A stretch of DNA of 62,224 nucleotides, the filler included. It is 12 parts of 12 records of this genome, joined end to end, with 100 filler letters (N's around TTAATTAATTAA, not from the genome) between each part and the next. Parts side by side here need not be neighbours in the genome. Positions count along the whole stretch, not along the records: positions 35,071 to 47,435 come from SRR15195285_2144; positions 47,536 to 50,889 come from SRR15195285_2145; positions 50,990 to 56,619 come from SRR15195285_2146; positions 56,720 to 62,224 come from SRR15195285_2149; 8 more parts are not named here. One strand, 5' to 3'. Below are positions 45,741 through 57,033 of the stretch, in pieces (the first letter of the stretch is position 1; every line of letters starts with the position of its first letter). The position numbers and the translations under genes are program-made. Below the pieces are notes generated by a model. That model saw only the letters and a list, made by a program, of their open reading frames with translations. It did no database searches and had not been told where the DNA came from.

Positions 45741-46348
45741 CGATCTTCTAGATCATGGAATGGGACGCCGATGTGCAAGCTGCTGGCGACTGGCATGAGC
45801 ATCGTTGTTCGACGCAGTGACTGATGGCAGTGCTTGCACAGCATGTTGCACATGGCACATACGGTTCACCGGCGCGCTTGTGCATCTTTGATCAAGGCCC
45901 ATGCATTCGACAAAGACAAAGTCAGACGATATGCTGAATTTGAAAATTTGAAAACGGTTGCCGGCAAGATAGCCGACTGTGCGCCTGTGTGATATGCATA
46001 TGGGGGACACATGGGGTGCCAGAAACGTCCCACATGGCATGCGAAAAAAGGTGGCCAAAACGAAAGGTGCCGACCGGGGAAATGGGGCCACGGCGACTGG
46101 TAGAATAAGGACGAGTACAATCAATGTGGTCTTCGGGTTTGACATCATTTTCTGGCTTCGCCTTGAATGCGCTCCCAGTTGTCGGTACTTTCCTATCCCT
46201 CACCCGTCCCCACTAGCAGTGTGCAAATTATCGTGACCTTACTTTCGAAGCTACCACCTTCTGTGTACGAAGCGGAGGTGGTGCGGCGTGCACACCTCGA
46301 CCGACGCCAGCATTCAGAGGAAACATTTCACATGGTCGCATGTTTTGT

Positions 46349-46939
46349 TCATCCACCGACGCTGCTGCTCAAGTTGGACTCGACCTGATACCCGACTTGG
46401 TGCATCATGCTCATTCGTCCTTTCGTCGGGGACTTCCACGTCCGCCCCTCCTCGAGAAAGCGCTGAAACGCTGCATCTGCGGCTGCCCCCTCAACCGCTG
46501 CAACGGTACAGTTCTCAAAACGGCGCCTGAACTCTTCGCACGGACGTGCTCCCGGGTCGTCGCCATCTGCAAGGGCGCTCGAGTGCCGCGAGCTCTTGTG
46601 TTGCTGCGCACACTCGCTCAGTTCGTGCAGTGGCTTTGAGCACACCGATTCTACGTAGATGTCCAGCATACACAGCTACACCAGCAGCACACCCGCATTT
46701 ATCACCGACCTGGGTGTACGTGTACAGACTTGGCAGAAAGATACGGCCAGAGAGACAGAGACGAGTGCCACACGCACCTGCATGCCAGTCCGGGCTTTGA
46801 CACATGGATCTTGGGTAGCTGCAGCGGATTGGGTAGCGGGTTGGCCAGCTGCAGCTCTCCGCTCTTGTCGGGAAGTACAATCGAAGTATCGGATAAAGAG
46901 GCTGCCGCACTCGAAGTTAACCGCGTTGGCGAACGACAT
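46349..46939 (-). CDS. Quadruple CX9C (CHCH-CHCH) protein, CHCHD5/Mix14-like, ~162 aa, intron 46676-46777
   Basis: The spliced product has CGSLFIRYFDC, CVKARTGMQ|LC, CSKPLHELSEC and CEEFRRRFENC, each exactly C-X9-C. Confidence 0.75.
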
Positions 46940-47659
46940 TTCGCACGACTGGATGGCTCTGTGTCGCTTCTTAGGTTGCGGCGGGCTGGCGATGCCGTCT
47001 CGAGCGTACGCCGATTCACTCCGAACAACAGGTAGGGTGAGCAGGACCACACGCTCCAGATACCCGAGACGCGCAGCAGCCCCTGGCTCTGCACGGGGGT
47101 TTATCTGCAATGCCTCGCAGCAGACAATGGACTGCCGCAGTTGTCTGGCAGCCTGCACCGCATGGCTACAGACTCGGGAGTCTGTGTGGAGCTGCGACCG
47201 CCGGCCCGACTCGGGTCTGTCGCGGATAGCAGAGCTGAGGACGACCTAGATCTACGCCAGCTCGCTTGTCTCTAGCGTGCTGAAAAGCAGGCGCCCCTCC
47301 CTCGCAGGCGTCGGGACAGTCGTCGTGTGGCTGAGCGTGGCCGGAATCGGCGAACCAGGCAGGTCGCCGGTTCTCATTCGAGCGCCGGGGTATTTGCCTT
47401 TTCAGTTTTTGCGCAGTCTGTACTGGAAAATACTANNNNNNNNNNNNNNNNNNNNNNNNNNNNNNNNNNNNNNNNNNNNTTAATTAATTAANNNNNNNNN
47501 NNNNNNNNNNNNNNNNNNNNNNNNNNNNNNNNNNNAGCTGCTGCTGCAGCTGCAGCAGCAGCTGCAGCTTCGAATCGCCTGCGTTCGACGTGCTGCTGCT
47601 CACGAGAAGCGATGGCGGCGCACAAGATGCGCCTCTGCGTCTCTACTGACTGCTGTTCG

Positions 47660-49093
47660 ATGGTCTTTGTGTCAGACGCGGCTTTGCTTTCGGCGCTGCG
47701 GGAGATGATCCAGCCAGATAAGCTGGAGGAGCTCTCGATGAAGACGGTGATGCGGGCGCTCCGGGAGAAGTTTGGGGAAGGCGTGCGCTCGCGGAAGGCA
47801 TGGGTCTCGGAGCAGGTCACGGCGATCGTACAGGGGCTCGGAGACAGCACGGAGGCGGCGGCAACGGCGGCGGGCGACAACGAGCCGAGCGCGGCAGCGA
47901 GCGAGAGCGAAGCATCAGACCTGGACCTGTCAGACGGCGAAGAACCGGCAGCTCAGCTGACGGACGCGGAACTAGCGCTGCAAATGCAGGCGGAGTTCAA
48001 CAACGAAGGGCTGCGGGCACGCCGCGCCCCCGCGCCGAGGCGTAAGCGGCCTGCTGCTGACGCTGGCAGCGCTCCGAAGAAGAAGCGGCAGACGGGGTAC
48101 GCAGCGCCGATGCTTGTGATGGAGCCGCTGTTGACGTACCTACGCGATACTGGTGCGATGAGCCTGGAGGACACAACCATCCCCCGCAGTGCTGTTCAGA
48201 AGCATTTGACAGACACAATGAAGGCGGCGGGACTGATAAATCCGAAGGACGGGCGGGAGTTTCTCCTGGACGAGCAGCTGCAGGCCATCTTCAAGCGGAA
48301 AAAGTTGACGTATTTTTCACTATCCAAGCACCTGACGCCGTTGCTCAAACGGCCCGAAGATGTCGGGGTGCTGACTGCGCAATTTGATGACGAGGACGAG
48401 GAGGACGACGATGAGGGAGACATCAGCGCCGACGAGGACGGCGTGAATCTGAGCTCCTCAGACTCCGATCAAGAGGCGGCAGCAGCACCGAAGCCGAAGA
48501 AGGCAAAAGCGGCGAAGTCAAATGGCAAGGCCAAGGCCAGCGTGGGGGCGGATGGCCCGAAGCGCGCGATATCGTCGTACTTCTACTATGCTGCTGACCG
48601 CCGCGAATGGTTCAAGAAACACCAGCCTGGCCTCAAGGTGACAGAGGTAGCCAAGCTGGTCGGCGCGGAGTGGAAGGGACTGTCGGACCAGCAGCGGAAG
48701 CAGTACAACGACCTAGCTGCGAAAGACAGGGCGCGCTACGAGAGAGAAACGGGCCAGCCGAAAGGAAAGTCGCGAAAGAAGAAGGCAAAGTCGAAAGCCG
48801 CAGATGGTCAGAAGCAACCGCACACTGGCGGTCTGAATGCCCCGATGGTCCTTTCGGCAGAGCTTCAGGCCGTCTGCGGAGGAGAGCAAGTGCTGTCGCG
48901 CGCCCAAATCATGAAACACATCTGGGCTTACATAAAGGCCAACGACCTGCAGAAGCCCGAAAACAAACAGCTGATTCTGTGCGACGCGTCCATGCTGAAG
49001 ATCACTGGGGGTCAGCAGGAGGTCAGAGGGTTCAGTATCAGCAAATTCCTTGCCCCGCATCTATCCAAACCACCTGAAGACGATGGGGCTTGA
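47660..49093 (+). CDS. Chromatin protein DEK_C - SWIB - HMG box - SWIB (UAF30/Tri1-like with an HMG insert)
   Basis: DEK_C LEELSMKTVMRALREKFG; SWIB1 IPRSAVQKHL..LINPKDGREFLLDEQL; HMG PKRAISSYFYY..EWKGLSDQQRKQY; SWIB2 LSRAQIMKHIWAYIKANDLQKPENK. Confidence 0.88.
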   Translation: MVFVSDAALLSALREMIQPDKLEELSMKTVMRALREKFGEGVRSRKAWVSEQVTAIVQGLGDSTEAAATAAGDNEPSAAASESEASDLDLSDGEEPAAQLTDAELALQMQAEFNNEGLRARRAPAPRRKRPAADAGSAPKKKRQTGYAAPMLVMEPLLTYLRDTGAMSLEDTTIPRSAVQKHLTDTMKAAGLINPKDGREFLLDEQLQAIFKRKKLTYFSLSKHLTPLLKRPEDVGVLTAQFDDEDEEDDDEGDISADEDGVNLSSSDSDQEAAAAPKPKKAKAAKSNGKAKASVGADGPKRAISSYFYYAADRREWFKKHQPGLKVTEVAKLVGAEWKGLSDQQRKQYNDLAAKDRARYERETGQPKGKSRKKKAKSKAADGQKQPHTGGLNAPMVLSAELQAVCGGEQVLSRAQIMKHIWAYIKANDLQKPENKQLILCDASMLKITGGQQEVRGFSISKFLAPHLSKPPEDDGA

Positions 49094-49225
49094 GCTGCCA
49101 TGTTGGAGTTCTAGTATGTGTCTTGTCCGGCGAAAGTGTGTGTACGCTGGTGTGTCTGGATCGAGCTGAAAAATAAGCCGGTACATTCTCCCCAATTCTA
49201 TGAACGCTGCTGCGCTCTTGCTCTA

Positions 49226-50717
49226 TCAGAGCTTGTGTTGTCGGTATCTCTGAAGGGGGTCGTCTGATATCTTTGAGCAGACCTGCTTGTCTCTCGTCTG
49301 CCGCTCCAGAAAGCCTAAGTGGCAGTGAAAATCCAGAAAACACATTCCAGAATTAGCGCCTAACAAGATTTCTGACGTCGCGAGAGGCTTTGCGCGAACA
49401 TGTGCTGCACACCGTAAAAAGCACCGAAGTAGAAAGGAGGGTGTTGGTAGCGAGGATCCTCGGCGCTATGCGCTGGGCTGTAATTGATAGTAAGCTCCTC
49501 ACCCTGTGCCACACCACCTCCGGTGGACGTGTCCACTTGCATCACAAACTGCCCTACCATAAGCAGAATTTGACTGTTCAGCGTCTTCCAAATCGACAGT
49601 TCGAGAAACTGTAAATCTCACCAGACCCTGAGTCCCAGTTCCAGCTGACTGACGGTCTGTGGGCATGGTTCATCAAGTCAGCGAAGGGAACCAGGGCCGA
49701 AAACGACTTCCCACCTGCACATTGCCACCGAAATTTGTTTGCATTGCAATTTGAGCTCAACTGAAGCGACAGGTACGAGTCCAATCAGGCTCTTAGGTCC
49801 ACGAGCTGCCGCTGTGCATCCCAAGAAGCCAACGCACCTCCCAAAAATGGATCCCCAATTTGAAGCAGAAAATTGCGCGACATTACCATTGCCCAGCAGT
49901 ACAGCCACTCTTCAGCTGAGTGGGACGCCGCAAAATCCCTGCCAAGTATGGCGCAGAGCGACTGAAATTCCGATACCACCACCCGATGCATTGAGACAAC
50001 GGTGCTCCAGTATTCTTCTGCCGCGGAGTCTGTAGCAGCAACGTCGACGTTGGCTGTACCTTCACCGAAAGCTAGCTCAACAGCTGCGCGCACAGCCGGC
50101 GGAACGCGTTGCGAGACTCCTCGCTGCACCACAATTGTCTGTTCAGGCTCCGGCTCTGGGTCGGAGACCATAAACAGTGGGTGAAAACTGCGCAGCTCCT
50201 TGAGTGTTGGCAAAGCTGCGTAGTACAGCTGGCGACGTGCTTGGTGGAAAGTTACATCGGCCTGCGATTTATTGCCGTCGTTCGCCACTATGGCCGCGAT
50301 CGATGCGTCAGACTCGGGGGTGGCACGGCGCCGCATCGCGTCCTCGAGTACTAGTGCCAAAACAATGTAAGTTTCCTCGTTCGGGAAGTCGGGCGCACTC
50401 TCGCCGGGCAATGCCTCGACTGCAACGCCAAGCGGCCAGTCGGCCCCAGCGTCGACGTCGTCTGCCACCTGCTTGAGCAAGCGACCATCGGGGTAGCTTT
50501 GGCCAACTGCAGCCGTCACTAGCGCTGCGTGTGGAATTCGCAGCAACTCTTCCCCTTCCGACAGGGCCCGGGAAGCGTATATTCCACGGCCGCCGACATC
50601 GTCCGTGCGCGCCTCCACACCGGTCGATATATAGTCCGGGTCCCTACTCATGCGGCCGGTTCCAAGCAGAAGAGACCGCTGCAGCGCCGCCCACACTTCT
50701 TCGGTAGCTGCTGCCAT
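49226..50717 (-). CDS. SET-domain protein-lysine methyltransferase (Rubisco LSMT/SETD3-SETD6 class), 4 exons
   Basis: Motifs GGRGIYA..GEELLRIP, WAMVMSRNF, LVPFADLMNH, GEELTINY and Y|GF are reconstructed across phase-1 GT-AG introns. Confidence 0.82.
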
Positions 50718-50989
50718 GTCTGACGGAGCGTCTGAAGATATCGGGACTGGTTATGCCGTGGTGGCGTGCCAGGCCCACGCGGAGGCTGACGTCCGTATCC
50801 CTATCCGCGCGGGCCGGGGGGCTCGAGCTCCGACTTGCTTTCTAAAGGCTGTTACCAAGTCGTACTTGTTTCCTGGGTATGTTTGACTTNNNNNNNNNNN
50901 NNNNNNNNNNNNNNNNNNNNNNNNNNNNNNNNNTTAATTAATTAANNNNNNNNNNNNNNNNNNNNNNNNNNNNNNNNNNNNNNNNNNNN

Positions 50990-53900
50990 CGTGAACGCGT
51001 TCCCTTGCACTGCGGAGAGTTGCTATGGCCTATACGCTACGGTAGAGAAGGAGATGGAGGACCTGGCAACTGGACCAAACGGTGGAGCTCCTTGCGAAGC
51101 TCTTGGGTGGGCGAACACTAGAACAGATTGTCCAGTCGATGACATCACTGATGAAACCATTTTTGCAGGCTGCACTGGGGGCGAGCGTAACTGCTACAAC
51201 GGCACAGAAGACTGGTGCTACAGTATGCACTATATTGCCTTACAGGAGGGAGTGCCGGAAGATGAGTTGCTAATCGTTGAAGAGGGAGATGATAGCAGCA
51301 ATCCTCAAACGAACCAAAGATACTTTTGGCAGACTACCGACGGCTGTGACATAAACTATATTGACGCAATATATCGAAACCGGCAAAAGAAAGGCAACGG
51401 CTTGCAGAACTTTTGTCATGTTGGGCACGAGGGCGAACTATGCGCAACCTGCAGTCTCATTAAAGTTGGAGAGACCATGCAAAGAATGGAAAAGGGAGAT
51501 GACGGCCTTTGCCACTATTGTCAAGGGCACGATTGGTTTGTGCTGATACGAAATGAGCTCGCAGTATGTCTCGGGTACTACATTCCGTATAACCTGTTCT
51601 TTCGTTCCGGGCGCCCACAGGCACTTAAGTCTGCTATGTTTGCATCATTTACGTTTTTCATCCAAACAGTGTCTCTGCTTGGCAAAGACACAGGCTATTT
51701 TATGGGCAAGGATTACATGACACAAGAAGGAGACAAAGCAATGAAAAAGGCAGTCGTTGAAGCGGCCGACGCCATGGGGAAGTTTTTCTCGATAAGTCTG
51801 CAGGCCTCTGAGGAGCCGACGGTAGAAGTGGACCCTGAAACTGGCGAACGCTTGCTGAAACCGCAAGAAACCTGCCCGGTGCATCTGGATGCGTACCAGC
51901 AGTTCTACAAGGGTGCACTATTCAAGTCTTTGCTGATTCTGATCGGAGTGACTCTGTGGTATCAGGGCATCTACCATATGTTCGTGTTCTCGCGCGCACA
52001 ATACTACGTGTGCAGCTTTCTTAAGGCCATTTCTTTCGGCAAACTCTGCAAAGATATCAATTGGGAGTGGTCGACAGAAATCAAAGTGCTGTACCAACAC
52101 AAGGAGTATGACAATAGGACTCGTAGAGAAAAGCGAAAGGCCGCGGGTCAAAATGGAGATACAGAGAGGAAGTGGGTACCCAAAATTGACAGAGTTGTAT
52201 ACGGTCCTCACGCGGTACTTTTGAACTTTCACACCTGCGGCGTATTGATGCAACGGACGAAGGAGATTCAGGATTCAAAAGACAAAGCCGCGCGCGTACG
52301 CGCTACCGCCCAATTCAAATTGGTTGATACCGACGGTGGTGGAACCCTGGATCATGACGAGCTGCTGGAGCTGCTGACGTCCATGGGACTCCACCATTTG
52401 GCAAAGAATGATGTTGTGGGCGGAAAGGAAGTCGAAGGCTCCGGGATCAACAGACTCTTCGAACAGATTGCTCGTGACCATGACTTCAAGTTCGATATTG
52501 ACGAGGAATCTGGGGAAACAGTTATGTCTGAGGACCAGTTCGTTGAATGGTGGACATCTCTGAAGAAACCTAAGGCCAGGGGATGTTGTGCGGGGGGATT
52601 GCGGGCCTTCTGCTGTCAACGCGGCGATTTCAGGCCGATTGGCTCTGTGCGAGGCGAGTGCATTGTGGAAGCTCTTGACTCCGAAGAGAACGAGCTGGCT
52701 CGGATTGAACATCATATCACAGAGGAACAACACAAGGAGAAACACGGAGAAGAGGCCACGCTGGACAAGACACCACCGGTACACGATGCACCTCATGTCG
52801 CAAAATATCTGGACAAGGACGAGCACACTGGATGTTTTCCACCAGTTTGGTTTGATGGGGACACCATACGGTGCACTTGTGTGGCATGCGGGTTGCAACC
52901 TTGGCACGAGCAGTCCACCAACGACAGGCAACAGGAGTTCTGCAAATGCAATAGCCCTCAGGGTAGCACAGAGGTGGACTTCAAGAAGGATATTGCTGTG
53001 CACGCTGGGATATACCCAGTGCTCTCGATGGCCGATATTGACAACGACATTCTGAGAACGCAACTGCTAGAAGACGGTGTTGCTCTCATTAAGCAAGTGT
53101 ACGCATGGGCGAGTCACGGCAGGCCCGCCGGCTCTCTAAGTTTTGAAGAGGTGCAGGAGATGTGCAAGAAGGAAACAGGCGGACAGCCTAGCAAGGAGCG
53201 GGTGGCAGAGGTAGTGCAAATGATGGGCACGGATGACTTCAATGATGAAAGGAGAGACGACTTAGTACAGTGGTGGACAGAACACACTAGAAGACATCTC
53301 CGAGACAAGTATGCTGCATCAAATGACGATACAATTTTGAGTCAGTTGCTGGAGGCAAAGAAAGCGACAATTAAGATCAGTCAGGAGCAGGCCATGGAGC
53401 GCGTCGTCGTGCGGAAACTGGAACCATTAGGTCCATCTAGCCTCAATGTCACATTTGATGTGTTGCCTGTTGGTTACAACCTCGAGTCAAGACGGGAGGA
53501 CAAATGGGGTAGAGCAGGGGCACGCACACTTGACAGTGTGGTGTTCCGCAAAGAAGACCTGCAGAATCGTCCCGAAGAAGTGCAAAAGAAGCTAGAGGGA
53601 AAAATACTGAACCGGAAGCAAGTGGCGGAGCGTGATACGAAATCTGGACTGAAAGTGCGTTCAAAGTTGCAAGCAGCTTTCTCTTCTACAGGCACGCCTC
53701 CAAGAATCGCACATCACCATTGCTCAGGCTTGGGCTTGGAGACACTGATCAACTTAGAAGACCTGAACAACAACTCGCGGTTCCTCCGGGCTGTGTTCAT
53801 GCTTGCAGCCACCGTGCTTTTCTATCCGGTTATTCAAGCAACACTGCCAGTTATTACATGCTTCCCCTACGACACATACAAGTACTGGGATCCCAAGGCA

Positions 53901-56333
53901 AAGTGCTCCAACGGTATATCTCTCTGTCCTGCATGGAAGACGCACGCATTCGCGAGTACGGAGTCAATGATGGAGAATAGAACGAAAGTGACGAGATATC
54001 TCGTCGCAGACATGTCCGAGAAATGCGAGGGATACCGGTATGAAGTGTCTAGGATCATCGCATTTACGGTGTTGGGGATGTCATTGGTGTGTCCCCTTTA
54101 TGCGTTACTTTCGATCCGCCGCTCAAAACATGCTGCCGAGGCAATGGCTAACGCAGCGGCAAAGAAGGAGGGACGTGAGCCCCGAGCGAAGAGAAAGACC
54201 TCGTTCTGCCGCCAGCTTTTCATGGGAACACACCGTGAACCCTCTCGCCGCGAGAGAATTGAATTCGAAAAGCGAATCTTGCGTGACCCGTACTCTGCGC
54301 TCTACGGCATGTGCGAACAACGTGCATACTACTGGTTCATTGTCGATCTACTGCGCAAGGCAGCTGTCACATGCATTTACACCTTTGTCGGGGACATGTA
54401 CCAGTATGTCCTTCTCATTTTCTTTGTGCTGTTCGCCATCAATCACGATATTGCACAGCCGTACCGTGGGCGGACTGAGAACCTCTTCGCCTTCATCACA
54501 CTGATGTTCATTATCATCTTAATCCACACATCGACCATCGTGACCTACGGCTCGATGCTGCCTATGATTATGGCCGTCTGTATTGTATTTTTGGTCTTCA
54601 TCATCTTTGGATTTTCTATGTATTACGGAAAGAAGGCTGCAGAGGAAGAGTTCGCTGAAGAAGAACGTACAAAGCGCAAGGCACAAGACCTGTGGGCTGA
54701 AATTGCATCCAAAGTGCTGAATATGGACCCACAAAGATCAACAGAGGAAGAAATGAAGGAGGCATTCAGTGTTTTCGACGACCAACGCATCGGCGAGTCT
54801 GACGACGACGACAGCGGCTCTGAGAGCGACGGACAGGGGGAAATCGAGGTGGGCGAGCTGAAGGCGTTCAGAGACAGTGATCGCAAGCTGGTGCCTCGCA
54901 AGCCGGGCGAACCCCCTCTCGAGTTGTTTGGGTTTGAGGCGACCGACGACGAGATCGACTCCATGCTATATGAAGCAGATCTTGACGGCGAGGGCAAGAT
55001 CGACTACGATGAGTTCGTATCGGTGATCTTCAGTGCATGGGAGAGAAAACAGCAGACGGACAACCTCAGCAAGTGGCTATTCAGAAACTACAAACGGATA
55101 GACCACGGCGAACGCTCAAAGGCAGCGGGATTTACACCCCAAAAGAAGTTATTTACGAAGGACATTGGTATGCACCAAAAGTTCTTGAGTGAACACAAGA
55201 GCCTGGCAGAACGCGGCGAAGAGCTCATCTGCAACCCCACGTTGTTTGCCGGTCTCGTCGATTCCCTCGGCGATTTGTCGGCCAAGATGGACGAGAAAAA
55301 CCCTCGGTGGAAAGGACTCGCCCGCAGTTTTCATGTAGACATGAAGATCAACAGGATAATCGGTGCGTGCCAGAGATCCATATACATTATCCATATGTAC
55401 TCGCTCAATTTCAGAAGCAGATTGCTTGCAGCTCGCGCGTACCTGGAAACTAATCAAGCGTGTCTTTTGCCCCACCAGGCCTCCAAGAGGCTCGAGGGAA
55501 TCCTGACCACCAGCAAGCGAGCTTGGACAGCCTAATCGAACAGCTTGTGAAACACGGTCTTGATGTAGAAGGTGGCGACGCACAACAGGTAATTTCCAAC
55601 CATCATTTATCGTCGTCTCTCCATCTACTACGATCGTTTTACGCTTGACTTGGCTGGTGAATGCATCGGGCACGGCGCAGTTCAAGGAATTATTGAACCA
55701 GGGAAAAGTAGCGGATGCTTTACACCTGCGCATTGTGCGCGAAATCAGAAGCACGAAATCAGAAGCACTAAGTAGCGCCGTGCAACGTTGTGAAGCTGCG
55801 TACGGTGGCGACTGGGATGCGCTATACGATCTTGAGCATGGACACGAACCTGACGACAAGCCTTCGACCGGGAAGCTCACCGTCGGCGGTACGTATGACC
55901 CATGCTTATCGCTGAGACTCTGGTCTATTCGCTGGTATACACCTGCGTGTGTGCATGACTTTCCCCCCGTCCAGCTAAGCACTTGTGGCCTCGTGCATAC
56001 CACGATTTGATTGCACCACTCGCTTCACATCCGCTTTTTTTTTTGCCAGACCGTCGCCGGCAAGTTCGCGATGATCGAAAGAGTCTTTTGAAGGCTCGCA
56101 TCGAAAAGCGCAAGTCAGCCCGTGACCTTTCGCACGATGGCGCAAGCACCCCCAAGGCGTCTGCATCTGGCCAAGTAGTTGGCCACGATGACCAAGCGAC
56201 GGTGCGTCGCCATGTTAGGCTCTCTTATTTTCACCATCACGTGTAGCTCGTTTCTCATCAGCTCGTCCGATAGGAGACCGAGACGGACACCGAGGAGGAG
56301 GAGGCAGCCGAAGCCGTACCCAACGCGGCGTAA
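50990..56333 (+). CDS. Large polytopic membrane protein with a Cys-rich ectodomain and multiple EF-hands; 5'-partial, with 3' introns
   Basis: Motifs FCHVGHEGELCATC, FFIQTVSLL, YLVADMSEKC, YYWFIVDLLRK and QPYR. EF-hands DTDGGGTLDHDE and DLDGEGKIDYDE. Downstream exons are inferred after the donor at 55363. Confidence 0.8.
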
Positions 56334-57033
56334 ATCGACGTTGGAGAGTCGTTGTGCCTGTACCGTATCATGACCGGTTTCCTGTGCATAGCATTAAAAC
56401 CATTTGTTGCCTATTCGTGCGGTTGTCTTTGGTTTGTCGTGCTTGGCTGTGGTGCGTGGGCTAGAGTAGCTAGCGAGGAGGGAGTTGCTGCCATGGAGGC
56501 TAGAGCTATAGAGCTGAAGCGTAAGAAACCTGGTAGCCAGAATAGCATAAGTGGGCTACTAGTAGCTGCTGCAGGTGGTGAAGGCTGGCTGTATTTTTGG
56601 GATGTGACAGACACCCGTTNNNNNNNNNNNNNNNNNNNNNNNNNNNNNNNNNNNNNNNNNNNNTTAATTAATTAANNNNNNNNNNNNNNNNNNNNNNNNN
56701 NNNNNNNNNNNNNNNNNNNTGCTTGCTCTCTGGGTCCCTGGCCCGGGGTACGGCCGCTGTCTCTCTCTCTATCTGAATCTCTCTCTTGCCCTGCCCAGTG
56801 ACCAGTGTCCAGTCCGCAGCAAGCCCTCTCAGGGCCGCCCTCTCTCCTCCCCGCCTTTCCGTGGTTGCTTTCGCCGTCCAGCGTAGTCTCGCAGCGCTCT
56901 CCGCCTCCCTCTCTCTTCGCGTCCCTCGTGGGTCCTATCCCCCGGCGCTCGCCGCCACTGTCAGTGCATGCGAGTTCGTCTGCCAACACTGTGCCTCGTA
57001 ATCCGTCGTCCACCTCTGTGCTAGTATCCTGCA

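Noticed and set aside
45900..46100. Possible structured RNA or transposon end between the USP and CX9C genes
   Set aside because: Only short, weak stems (e.g. GTGGCC/GGCCAC), with no ribozyme core, TIR pair or TSD that I can support.
56490..56619. WD40-like fragment LVAAAGGEGWLYFWDV
   Set aside because: A single partial motif at a contig end; not enough for a gene call.
5275..56719. Regularly recurring TTAATTAATTAA element flanked by Ns, read as a biological repeat or array
   Set aside because: It is an identical 100-nt synthetic all-frame-stop linker used to concatenate contigs. ORFs ending in 'XXXLIN' are artefacts.
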